A DNA stretch of 24,000 nt from Acholeplasmatales bacterium (lineage in GTDB: Bacteria; Bacillota_I; Bacilli_A; Acholeplasmatales; Acholeplasmataceae). Made by a program: the position numbers and the translations under genes. Below the pieces are notes generated by a model. That model was not told the origin of the DNA and did not search any database. It saw only the letters and a program-made list of their open reading frames with translations. The stretch covers positions 13,823 to 37,822 of the forward strand of contig JAITXT010000022.1 in the NCBI GenBank assembly GCA_031284585.1. The letters are read 5' to 3'. How positions within the stretch are numbered: the stretch's first letter is position 1; every line of letters begins with the position of its first letter. Below are positions 8,288-15,642 of the stretch, in pieces.

Positions 8288-8302
8288 TTTGTAAAAATTA
8301 AT
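8277..8302 (-). terminator. Weak intrinsic-terminator-like hairpin at the 3' end of the DUF2779-like gene
   Basis: On the minus strand ATTAATTT-ttac-AAATTAAT forms an 8-bp all-A/T stem (8283-8290 pairs with 8295-8302), followed by a run of about 6 T. The stem includes the TAA stop codon. The absence of G:C pairs makes it thermodynamically weak. Confidence 0.3.
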
Positions 8303-10199
8303 CCTTTTTTTCAGGTGAATTTTTAAGTAAATCTAATGCTTTATTCCTTAGGGCTTCCATTACAACAAACATACTAAAAGTATCTTTCATACAATATTTT
8401 AACATAGCCTCATATTTTCTTTCAAATTCAATACTTCTTAAATTGATTAAATCGTGATAAGCAGCCATGGCATCCGTTCCATTTGCAACTTCCATCCCTT
8501 TATAGGAATACGAAGATAATGAAGGTAAAACTTTTTTGATAGAATAAGAGCCTTGTAATTTAACATTATAATAATTTAAAGGAGGCTCATTAATAAGCCC
8601 ATATTCTTTGTCTAATTTACTATTACCTTTAACTACAAATAATAAATCTACTATTCTTTCATGTATTTTCATTAAATCGGCAGAATACTTAGGAAACCAT
8701 TCAGAAAGTTCTTTAATCCGAAGTTTTTCAAAACTACAATTATAAGCTAATATAGTTCCATTATCATCTTTGATATGTTCTACTATAAATTTCGCTATTT
8801 CTTCTCTATGATCTAGATGATCTTTCACTAAAAAAGAATAATTATCTTTGATTTCATCTAACTCTCCTATTTTTTCTTGAATATGAATAGAAATTTGAAA
8901 AGGTGATTGAGTATAGCATTTTTCAAACTTAAATCTAGGAAGAGGTGAAGGAAACGTTTCAAAATCAATATGATAAATTGGATAAATATAAGTATCTAAG
9001 TATGCTAATATTTTTTTAGGAGAAATAAATTCTTTGTTTTCTAAGATGGAATCATATTGAATTTTATTTGACTCGCGATTAAGTAAATTAGGATCTATAT
9101 CTATTGCATTAGTAATTCCGCTGTTAACTAAATCAAAAACCGATACTTTGGTCTCTTTATCTTTTTTACTATCAGAAAACCCATTATGATTATGCAAATA
9201 AACAAACATAGTATTATCTTTTAGATGTGGAATTCCAGAATTACTATCATATAAATTTTTCTCTTTAAAACATAGGGGTAAATATTTACATTCATGATTC
9301 TTTTTCCTTTCACAATAAGTCCCTAAATTACATTCTGAAATATCATTAATACTAATTCTTGAAGTAGCAATCTTAACATCACTTTCGATGATTTTATAAA
9401 AATAATCAAGCGTCGAAGTAACATCTATAATAGAAAATAATTCATTTGGATATTTTCTCTTTCCATATTCATCTAATTCTCCATGATAAACATATTCATG
9501 ATTTAAAAATACTAAATAATAAGAAATCTTTTTATTTGATTTAAGAGCGTTTTTAATCACATAAGACTGAAATAAAATATCATACACATATTTTCCAGGA
9601 GTAGAATATCTATTACTTAATTTGTCTAAAGACGTAAGATATTTTTTATCTTTCAAGAGAAAAAAATTACTATCATGCGCTATTTTATAAAATATTTTCG
9701 AATTTTCTTTTCGTTCGAAAAGTGGTGTTTTTTCCCCTTTTAATAAATATGTTAACTTAGATATTGAAGAAGAAGTCGTCGATTTAACTTCAAAGATTCT
9801 GATATTTTCTTCATCTTCTTGGTAACAATCTAAAAAGCAATAGTAAGGAATTGAGTCTACTTCATATTCAAAATATTTTTGTTTTTTGGTATCTAAGTTA
9901 AAAGTTACTTTTCCAGGAAAGATGTTAGTAATAGTCTCGCTTGCTAAAATTTCGATTTCTTTAAAATATTCACTCATTACATCTTCTGAATACTCTAAAT
10001 TTTCTTCAAGCTCATCTAATTCTTCTGTTACTGATTCTTTAAAATTCAAAAATTTTTCATAATTCTCTTCTTCCATTAACGCATCAAAATCATCGCCTAA
10101 CGAAACAAAATTTGGTCCATCCTTCTTTTCTAATTCAAATAAACCAGAAAATCTAGGACAACGAATTATATTAATAAATCTCGTCTTACTTACCTTCAC
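8298..10199 (-). CDS. Uncharacterised two-nuclease fusion: N-terminal Cas4/RecB-like PD-(D/E)XK nuclease with a 4-Cys cluster plus C-terminal DnaQ-like DEDDy exonuclease (DUF2779-like)
   Basis: 633 aa. The GTG start at 10199 is preceded by AGGAG with a 6-nt spacer. Motifs: C14 in IIRCPRF; D124 in CFLD; E136-V-K138 in IFEVKS; Q211-S-Y213; C290-x5-C296-x7-C304-x5-C310; D412-F-E414 in IYHIDFETF; N487...E491 in LAYNCSFEKL; GSYSIKKVLP; Y602-x3-D606 in KYCMKDTF. Confidence 0.75.
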   Translation of the reverse strand: MKVSKTRFINIIRCPRFSGLFELEKKDGPNFVSLGDDFDALMEEENYEKFLNFKESVTEELDELEENLEYSEDVMSEYFKEIEILASETITNIFPGKVTFNLDTKKQKYFEYEVDSIPYYCFLDCYQEDEENIRIFEVKSTTSSSISKLTYLLKGEKTPLFERKENSKIFYKIAHDSNFFLLKDKKYLTSLDKLSNRYSTPGKYVYDILFQSYVIKNALKSNKKISYYLVFLNHEYVYHGELDEYGKRKYPNELFSIIDVTSTLDYFYKIIESDVKIATSRISINDISECNLGTYCERKKNHECKYLPLCFKEKNLYDSNSGIPHLKDNTMFVYLHNHNGFSDSKKDKETKVSVFDLVNSGITNAIDIDPNLLNRESNKIQYDSILENKEFISPKKILAYLDTYIYPIYHIDFETFPSPLPRFKFEKCYTQSPFQISIHIQEKIGELDEIKDNYSFLVKDHLDHREEIAKFIVEHIKDDNGTILAYNCSFEKLRIKELSEWFPKYSADLMKIHERIVDLLFVVKGNSKLDKEYGLINEPPLNYYNVKLQGSYSIKKVLPSLSSYSYKGMEVANGTDAMAAYHDLINLRSIEFERKYEAMLKYCMKDTFSMFVVMEALRNKALDLLKNSPEKKD

Positions 10200-10224
10200 A
10201 TAAATCTCCTATCCGATTACTTAA

Positions 10225-10230
10225 ATTATA
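10225..10230 (-). promoter_or_regulatory. Candidate -10 box (TATAAT) for the DUF2779-like gene
   Basis: The minus strand reads ttagacttatttagTATAATttaagtaatcggatAGGAGatttatGTG. The perfect TATAAT lies about 26 nt upstream of the start codon. The -35 is poor (TTTTAA at 17-nt spacing). Confidence 0.35.
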
Positions 10231-10244
10231 CTAAATAAGTCTAA

Positions 10245-10260
10245 TATTTAAAAAAATTAA
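10245..10260 (+). repeat. Right copy of a perfect 16-bp direct repeat, TATTTAAAAAAATTAA
   Basis: Identical to 8272-8287. It lies in the divergent promoter region between the DUF2779-like gene and pepT. Confidence 0.6.
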
Positions 10261-10272
10261 CTACTTTTCTTA

Positions 10273-10278
10273 TATAAT
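10273..10278 (+). promoter_or_regulatory. Candidate -10 box (TATAAT) for pepT
   Basis: The plus strand reads cttaTATAATattaatgtaacatAGGAGaaatatagaATG, with the box 28 nt upstream of the ATG. An A7 tract lies upstream and there is no clear -35. Confidence 0.35.
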
Positions 10279-10305
10279 ATTAATGTAACATAGGAGAAAT
10301 ATAGA

Positions 10306-11541
10306 ATGTCAAACCTCACTGAAAGATTTTTAAATTATGTAAAGATAGATACACAATCTAATCCAAATAGCCAAACATCACCATCTTCTTCAAATCAAAA
10401 AGATTTATGCTTACTTTTAAGTAGAGAATTAAAAGAAATGGGTATCTCAACAACTTATAGTGAACAAGGTTATGTTTATGCTTTTATTCCGTCTAACGTT
10501 GATGAAGCTATTGTTTCTATCGGCTTTTGTGCCCATGTAGATACATCACCTGATTCTCTTGGTAGAAATGTTAAACCTCGCGTTATTTATAATTATGATG
10601 GTAAAAAAATTAAACTTTCAGATAAATGGAGCATGTCACCTGAAGAATTTCCAGTTCTTGAAAGAGTTAAAGGACAAGATATAATCGTAACTGACGGAAA
10701 TACGCTACTTGGAGCGGACGATAAAGCAGGAATTGCTGAAATAATGGAATATTTAGACTACATAGTAAATCATCCTAATTTTAAGCATGGTGATGTATAC
10801 GTATGCTTTACTCCGGACGAAGAAATAGGACGTGGTACAGATAATATCGACTTAAAATTATTCAAACCAGACTTTGCGTATACCCTAGATGGATCTGAAG
10901 TTGGTGGAATTGAATATGAAACATTCAATGCTGCTAGCGCAAAAGTAAAAATATCAGGAAAAGGAATTCACCCTGGAAGTGCAAAAGGAAAAATGGTTAA
11001 TGCATCTCTTGTTGGATTAGAATTCCATAGTTTGTTACCAGTAAACTTAAATCCTGCATTTACTGATGGATATGATGGATTTAATCATTTAACAAACATA
11101 GTAGGTGAAGTTGAGAGTTCTGAACTCTCTTACATTATCCGTAATCATGATAAAGCTCTATTTCAACGTCAAAAAGATGATTTTGTAGATGCACAAAAAT
11201 ATATAAATAAAAAATATGGTTATGAGGCAGTAAGTGTAGAAATAACCGATCAATATTATAACATGGCAGAAAAATTAAAAAATCATTTTGAAATCATTGA
11301 ACTTGCGAGAGAAGCATGCAAGAATTTGAATATAGATACTTACACTCTACCTGTTAGAGGTGGAACAGATGGTAGTAGACTTACCTTCATGGGAATACTT
11401 ACTCCAAATTTAGGGACTGGAGGATATAATTTTCATGGAAGATATGAATTTGCTTCTATTACCCAAATGAATCAAGCCGTAAAATTATTACTTGAAATAA
11501 CATCATTATCTCTTAGTTTCGTATCATCATTATTAAGATAG
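10306..11541 (+). CDS. pepT: Peptidase T (tripeptide aminopeptidase, M20B family)
   Basis: 411 aa. The N-terminus ERFLNYVKIDTQS is typical of PepT. Metal-ligand motifs are present: CAHVDTSPD, GADDKAGIAEIM, TPDEEIGRG and RGGTDGS. Confidence 0.9.
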   Translation: MSNLTERFLNYVKIDTQSNPNSQTSPSSSNQKDLCLLLSRELKEMGISTTYSEQGYVYAFIPSNVDEAIVSIGFCAHVDTSPDSLGRNVKPRVIYNYDGKKIKLSDKWSMSPEEFPVLERVKGQDIIVTDGNTLLGADDKAGIAEIMEYLDYIVNHPNFKHGDVYVCFTPDEEIGRGTDNIDLKLFKPDFAYTLDGSEVGGIEYETFNAASAKVKISGKGIHPGSAKGKMVNASLVGLEFHSLLPVNLNPAFTDGYDGFNHLTNIVGEVESSELSYIIRNHDKALFQRQKDDFVDAQKYINKKYGYEAVSVEITDQYYNMAEKLKNHFEIIELAREACKNLNIDTYTLPVRGGTDGSRLTFMGILTPNLGTGGYNFHGRYEFASITQMNQAVKLLLEITSLSLSFVSSLLR

Positions 11542-11563
11542 AATAAAAATAAAAAAAAATAGT

Positions 11564-11599
11564 AATAAAAAAAGATATATCGCTATATCTTTTTTTATT
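11564..11599. terminator. Bidirectional intrinsic terminator between convergent pepT and rplQ
   Basis: A perfect 16-bp inverted repeat, AATAAAAAAAGATATA-tcgc-TATATCTTTTTTTATT (11564-11579 pairs with 11584-11599). The A-run and T-run give a U-tract in either transcriptional direction. Confidence 0.7.
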
Positions 11600-11609
11600 T
11601 CCTTATATT

Positions 11610-11972
11610 TTATACAAATTCGATTATTGCCATTGGCGCAGCATCACCACGTCTAGGAACAGTTTTAATAATTCTTGTGTAACCACCAGTTCTAGTTGCA
11701 TATCTAGGTCCAATAACATTAAATAATTTTTGAACAGCATCAACTTTTTTGGTTTCATCAATTGGTTCTAATCTAACAAATGAAGCAGCAGAACGTCTAG
11801 CAGCAAGGCTACCGTCTTTAGCAAGAGATACCATTTTATCAGCAAGCTTTTTTAATTCTAAAGCTTTAGATTCAGTAGTTGTAATTTTTTCGTAAATAAT
11901 AATGTCAGTAACTAAATCTCTTAATAGAGCTTTTCTTTGATCGCTTGTCCTTCTTAATCTACTATATGCCAT
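11610..11972 (-). CDS. rplQ: 50S ribosomal protein L17
   Basis: [20 protein letters not shown]...GGYTRIIK is a hallmark L17 sequence. It is the last gene of the alpha operon, 2 nt after rpoA. Confidence 0.97.
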   Translation of the reverse strand: MAYSRLRRTSDQRKALLRDLVTDIIIYEKITTTESKALELKKLADKMVSLAKDGSLAARRSAASFVRLEPIDETKKVDAVQKLFNVIGPRYATRTGGYTRIIKTVPRRGDAAPMAIIEFV

Positions 11973-11974
11973 TT

Positions 11975-13072
11975 TTATTCATCTTCTCCTTTATCTAATT
12001 CACTTTCTAAATCATCTTTAAATTCTTCTTCTTCAGGAGAAATATAATCATCGAAATCTTCTCCGGCGATAGAATCAAAACCATCAAAATACTTATTATT
12101 CCAATAGTAACCATGTTTAGCTAATGTCTCTTTCAATTCTCTTAAACTCTTTTTACCTAAAGATCTAATTTTAGTTATTTCAAGTTCAGGAGCAGCAAGC
12201 AAATCACCAACAGTATTGTAACCTGCTCTCTTTAAAGCATTGAATACTCTAACACCTAAATCTAATTCAGCGAGAGTAACGTCATTTCTAGGATCTATTT
12301 CTTCAACTTCAACTTCTTCTTCTGTATTTTCAATATATGGTCCTGGATATTGAACATAAGTCACATCTTTAATAGCAGTATAATAATCAATTAATAAATT
12401 AGAAGCAATTGCTAGAGCTTCTTCAGCTTTAACAGAATGATTTGTAGTAATATCAATTAATAATATATCATCATTAGAACGATTCTTTTCAACTTGGAAA
12501 GTAACTGTATCAATTGGAGCAAATATAGAGTCAATTGAAATAACTCCAACTTCTTCAACAAATCTCTTATTAACTTCGAAAGATGCATACCCATATCCTC
12601 TTCTAATTTCTACTTCTAAAGATATACTAGCACCTCTAGATAAAGAAGCAAGATGAATTTCTGGATTAACTATTTCCACACCAGTAACAACTTGAAAATC
12701 AGCAGCTCTAACTTCTAATTCATCGCTATCTGTATTTTCAACAAATAAACTTAATTTTTCAGAATAATCTATATCTAAATTATCTGTTCTAAAAACAACT
12801 TTCTTTAAATTTAAAATTATTCCAACAACATCTTCATACACGCCAGGTATAATTTGAAACTCATGACTAACGCCACCAATTTTTACATTTACAATAGCAG
12901 CACCAGGTAGAGCAGAAAGCAATACTCTTCTTAAAGAATTACCTAAAGTAGTACCAAAACCATTATACAAAGGTTTAATTGAAAACTTAGCATGATAACC
13001 ATCAGCAGTACTTTCAATTACTTCAGTGGTGGGACGATCAAATAATAAACCATTTTTATATTCTTGTTTCAT
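11975..13072 (-). CDS. rpoA: DNA-directed RNA polymerase alpha subunit, with a roughly 41-aa acidic C-terminal extension
   Basis: The NTD has [16 protein letters not shown]. The CTD has [23 protein letters not shown]...[12 protein letters not shown]. Conserved position between rpsK and rplQ. Confidence 0.97.
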   Translation of the reverse strand: MKQEYKNGLLFDRPTTEVIESTADGYHAKFSIKPLYNGFGTTLGNSLRRVLLSALPGAAIVNVKIGGVSHEFQIIPGVYEDVVGIILNLKKVVFRTDNLDIDYSEKLSLFVENTDSDELEVRAADFQVVTGVEIVNPEIHLASLSRGASISLEVEIRRGYGYASFEVNKRFVEEVGVISIDSIFAPIDTVTFQVEKNRSNDDILLIDITTNHSVKAEEALAIASNLLIDYYTAIKDVTYVQYPGPYIENTEEEVEVEEIDPRNDVTLAELDLGVRVFNALKRAGYNTVGDLLAAPELEITKIRSLGKKSLRELKETLAKHGYYWNNKYFDGFDSIAGEDFDDYISPEEEEFKDDLESELDKGEDE

Positions 13073-13084
13073 AATTCCTCCGAA

Positions 13085-13471
13085 CTAATTTCTTGGTCTT
13101 TTTGGTGGACGGCAACCATTGTGAGGCACTGGAGTTACATCTTTAATAGCTGTAATTCTTAAACCTGCAGCAGATAAAGCTCTAATAGCGTTTTCTCTTC
13201 CTGGTCCTGGTCCTTTTACAAGTACCTCTACTTCTGTCATACCGTTGTCCATTGCAGCTTTTGCTGCAGCTTCAGCACTTTGTTGAGCAGCATAAGGAGT
13301 TGATTTTCTTGATCCTTTGTATCCTTGAACACCTGCACTACTCCAAGCAGTAACATTTCCTGATAAATCAGTAATTGTAATAATTGTATTATTGAAAGTA
13401 GTATGTATATGAGCTATTCCCTTCGGAATGTTCTTTCTAACACGACGTTTAGTTACTTTTTTCTTTGGCAT
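13085..13471 (-). CDS. rpsK: 30S ribosomal protein S11
   Basis: [18 protein letters not shown]...[27 protein letters not shown]-type C-terminus, in the conserved operon position. Confidence 0.97.
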   Translation of the reverse strand: MPKKKVTKRRVRKNIPKGIAHIHTTFNNTIITITDLSGNVTAWSSAGVQGYKGSRKSTPYAAQQSAEAAAKAAMDNGMTEVEVLVKGPGPGRENAIRALSAAGLRITAIKDVTPVPHNGCRPPKRPRN

Positions 13472-13484
13472 TTTTCATATCCTC

Positions 13485-13847
13485 CTACTTCTTCTTACCA
13501 CTTGAATGTGGTTTGCCTTTCCTAGTTCTAGCGTTATTTCTAGTATTTTGTCCACGAACTGGAAGTCCTTTTCTATGACGTAAACCGCGGTAAGAACCAA
13601 TTTCTATTAATCTCTTAATATTTAATTGGATTTCACGTTTTAAATCACCTTCAACAGCATAATGTGCAATTTCACTTCTAATTGCTACTAATTGATCTTC
13701 GGTCAAATCTTTAACACGAATATCTTCTGATATGTTACAAGCTTTCAATATTTTTTCAGAATTTGAAACACCAATTCCATAAATATATGTCAATGCAATA
13801 ACTACCCTTTTATTATTAGGTATATCTACCCCTGAAATTCTAGCCAT
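13485..13847 (-). CDS. rpsM: 30S ribosomal protein S13
   Basis: [26 protein letters not shown]...[26 protein letters not shown]. Confidence 0.97.
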   Translation of the reverse strand: MARISGVDIPNNKRVVIALTYIYGIGVSNSEKILKACNISEDIRVKDLTEDQLVAIRSEIAHYAVEGDLKREIQLNIKRLIEIGSYRGLRHRKGLPVRGQNTRNNARTRKGKPHSSGKKK

Positions 13848-13858
13848 ACTATAATCTC

Positions 13859-13975
13859 CTATCCTTGTCTTTGATTGTTACGTCTATTTTTCTTATTGAT
13901 AACACGTACAACCCCTTTTCTACGAACGATAATATCGTCCTCACTTCTTTTTTTCACAGATGCTCTTACTTTCAT
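13859..13975 (-). CDS. rpmJ: 50S ribosomal protein L36, a variant lacking all four zinc ligands (C- type)
   Basis: Absent from the ORF track (too short). Hand translation gives [38 protein letters not shown] followed by TAG. The MKVRASVKK...RKG...QRQG framework and the position between infA and rpsM are diagnostic. An SD-like AAGGGAGAA lies upstream. Confidence 0.9.
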   Translation of the reverse strand: MKVRASVKKRSEDDIIVRRKGVVRVINKKNRRNNQRQG

Positions 13976-14003
13976 AAAATTCTCCCTTAAAATTCAAATT
14001 AAA

Positions 14004-14237
14004 TTATTTACGTCGGTATATAATCCGACCGTTAGTTAAATCATATGGTGATAACTCTACAATTACTCTATCACCAGGTAAAATACGGATGTTGTTTAAA
14101 CGGATTTTACCAGACAAATAAACGTTTGATATGTTTCCCGTTGGTTGTCCATTTCTTAGTAATTCAACCTTAAAATGAGCATTCGGTAATACATCAACGA
14201 CTCGTGCTTCGACTTCAATTAAATCGCTTTTCGCCAC
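14004..14237 (-). CDS. infA: Translation initiation factor IF-1
   Basis: [26 protein letters not shown]...SGKIR...[27 protein letters not shown]. An S1/OB-fold protein with a roughly 5-aa loop insertion relative to typical 72-aa IF-1. Confidence 0.96.
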   Translation of the reverse strand: MAKSDLIEVEARVVDVLPNAHFKVELLRNGQPTGNISNVYLSGKIRLNNIRILPGDRVIVELSPYDLTNGRIIYRRK

Positions 14238-14247
14238 TTATTTCCTC

Positions 14248-14991
14248 CTATGTTAATATTTCATTACCATCTTTAGTGATCGCAATCATGTGTTCAAAAT
14301 GGGCACATGGTTTTTTATCTTTTGTTTTCACTATCCATTCATTACGCTTTTCAAAAATTTCTTTTTTGCCAAGTGCTACCATCGGTTCAATACAAATAAC
14401 CATTCCTGGTTTAAGTAAAGCTCCTCTCAAACCATAATAGAAATTAGATATATGGGGATCTTCATGAAGATTTTTACCTATCCCATGACCTCCATATTCT
14501 TCAATAATTCCATATCCGTAAGGTTTTATAGTATCCTCAACAGCTTTTGAAATATCTCCAATATAATTTCCAGGTTTCGCTTGTTTAATTCCTTCCAATA
14601 AAGATTTTTCAGTGACTTCCAATAATTTCAATAACTCATCACTTACTTTCCCAATTGGGACAGTAATTGCTGAATCAGCATGGTACCCTTTATAGCATAC
14701 TCCTATATCGATTGATAATATATCACCCGATTTAAGAATATCCTTTGAATTTGGTATTCCATGGATAATTACTTCATTTATTGATGTACAAATGGAAGCA
14801 GGGAAACCATCGTAATTTAGAAATGAGGGAGTTGCATTTTGACTTAAAATATAATTTCTTGCGATTTCATCTAAATCTTTAGTTGAAACACCTATTTTAG
14901 CACTAGAGACTAATAAGTCTCTAGTACTCTTCAAGATATTTCCAGCAATCTTCATCAGATCTATTTCTCTTTCACTTTTATATGTGATCAC
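14248..14991 (-). CDS. map: Methionine aminopeptidase, type I
   Basis: GTG start. Contains IKSEREIDLMKIAG, the metal-ligand context DILSIDIG...GYHAD, GHGIG and EPM. Conserved position after adk. Confidence 0.95.
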   Translation of the reverse strand: MITYKSEREIDLMKIAGNILKSTRDLLVSSAKIGVSTKDLDEIARNYILSQNATPSFLNYDGFPASICTSINEVIIHGIPNSKDILKSGDILSIDIGVCYKGYHADSAITVPIGKVSDELLKLLEVTEKSLLEGIKQAKPGNYIGDISKAVEDTIKPYGYGIIEEYGGHGIGKNLHEDPHISNFYYGLRGALLKPGMVICIEPMVALGKKEIFEKRNEWIVKTKDKKPCAHFEHMIAITKDGNEILT

Positions 14992-14997
14992 GATATT

Positions 14998-15642
14998 TTA
15001 CCCTTTGAATTTCTCTTTTATTTGCTTAAATGTTAATTCAACATTTTTTGAACCATCTACTTCAACTAGTAAACCTTTAGCTTCATAATAACTTATTAAA
15101 GGTTTAGTTTGTTCTTTATAGATTCTTAATCGATCCAAAACTGTTTCCTTACTATCATCTTTTCGTTGAATAATAGTAGTTCCGCAATTATCACAAATAT
15201 CAGACACTTTTGGGGGAATATTAGTAATATGATAAACTGCTCCGCATTTCGGACAAACTCTTCGTCCTGCAATCCGTTCAATTACACATTCATCACTTGC
15301 AGTTATATAAATAACAGCATCTAAATTCCAATTTTTGTTTTTTAGAATCTTGTCAAATTCTTCAGCTTGAAATAAATTTCTAGGATATCCATCAAAAAGA
15401 AATCCGTTTTTTACATCATCACTAAGAAGTCTTTCTTCAACAAGATCATTGGTAATGTTATCTGGGACAAGTAATCCTTTCTCAACATAACTTTTTGCAA
15501 CGAGTCCAACTTTCGTTTCGTTTTTTAATGCACTTCTAAACATATCTCCAGTGGAGATATGTACAACACCATAGTGCTCTACTAATAAACCTGCAGTAGT
15601 TCCTTTTCCTACCCCAGGGGCTCCAAGTAATATAGCTCTCAT
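14998..15642 (-). CDS. adk: Adenylate kinase (long form with a Cys4 zinc lid)
   Basis: The P-loop is LLGAPGVGKGT. The lid is CPKCGAVYH...CDNCG. The start overlaps the secY stop (ATGA). Confidence 0.97.
   Translation of the reverse strand: MRAILLGAPGVGKGTTAGLLVEHYGVVHISTGDMFRSALKNETKVGLVAKSYVEKGLLVPDNITNDLVEERLLSDDVKNGFLFDGYPRNLFQAEEFDKILKNKNWNLDAVIYITASDECVIERIAGRRVCPKCGAVYHITNIPPKVSDICDNCGTTIIQRKDDSKETVLDRLRIYKEQTKPLISYYEAKGLLVEVDGSKNVELTFKQIKEKFKG

Noticed and set aside
14100-14170. Roughly 5-aa loop insertion in IF-1 (..[22 protein letters not shown]..)
   Set aside because: It is a real difference from the 72-aa Bacillus-type IF-1, but small and in a surface loop. It most likely reflects lineage-specific variation, and no functional claim is justified.
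14204-14437. 77-aa plus-strand ORF spanning the infA/map junction
   Set aside because: It is antisense to two universally conserved genes. Open frames opposite highly biased coding sequence are expected.
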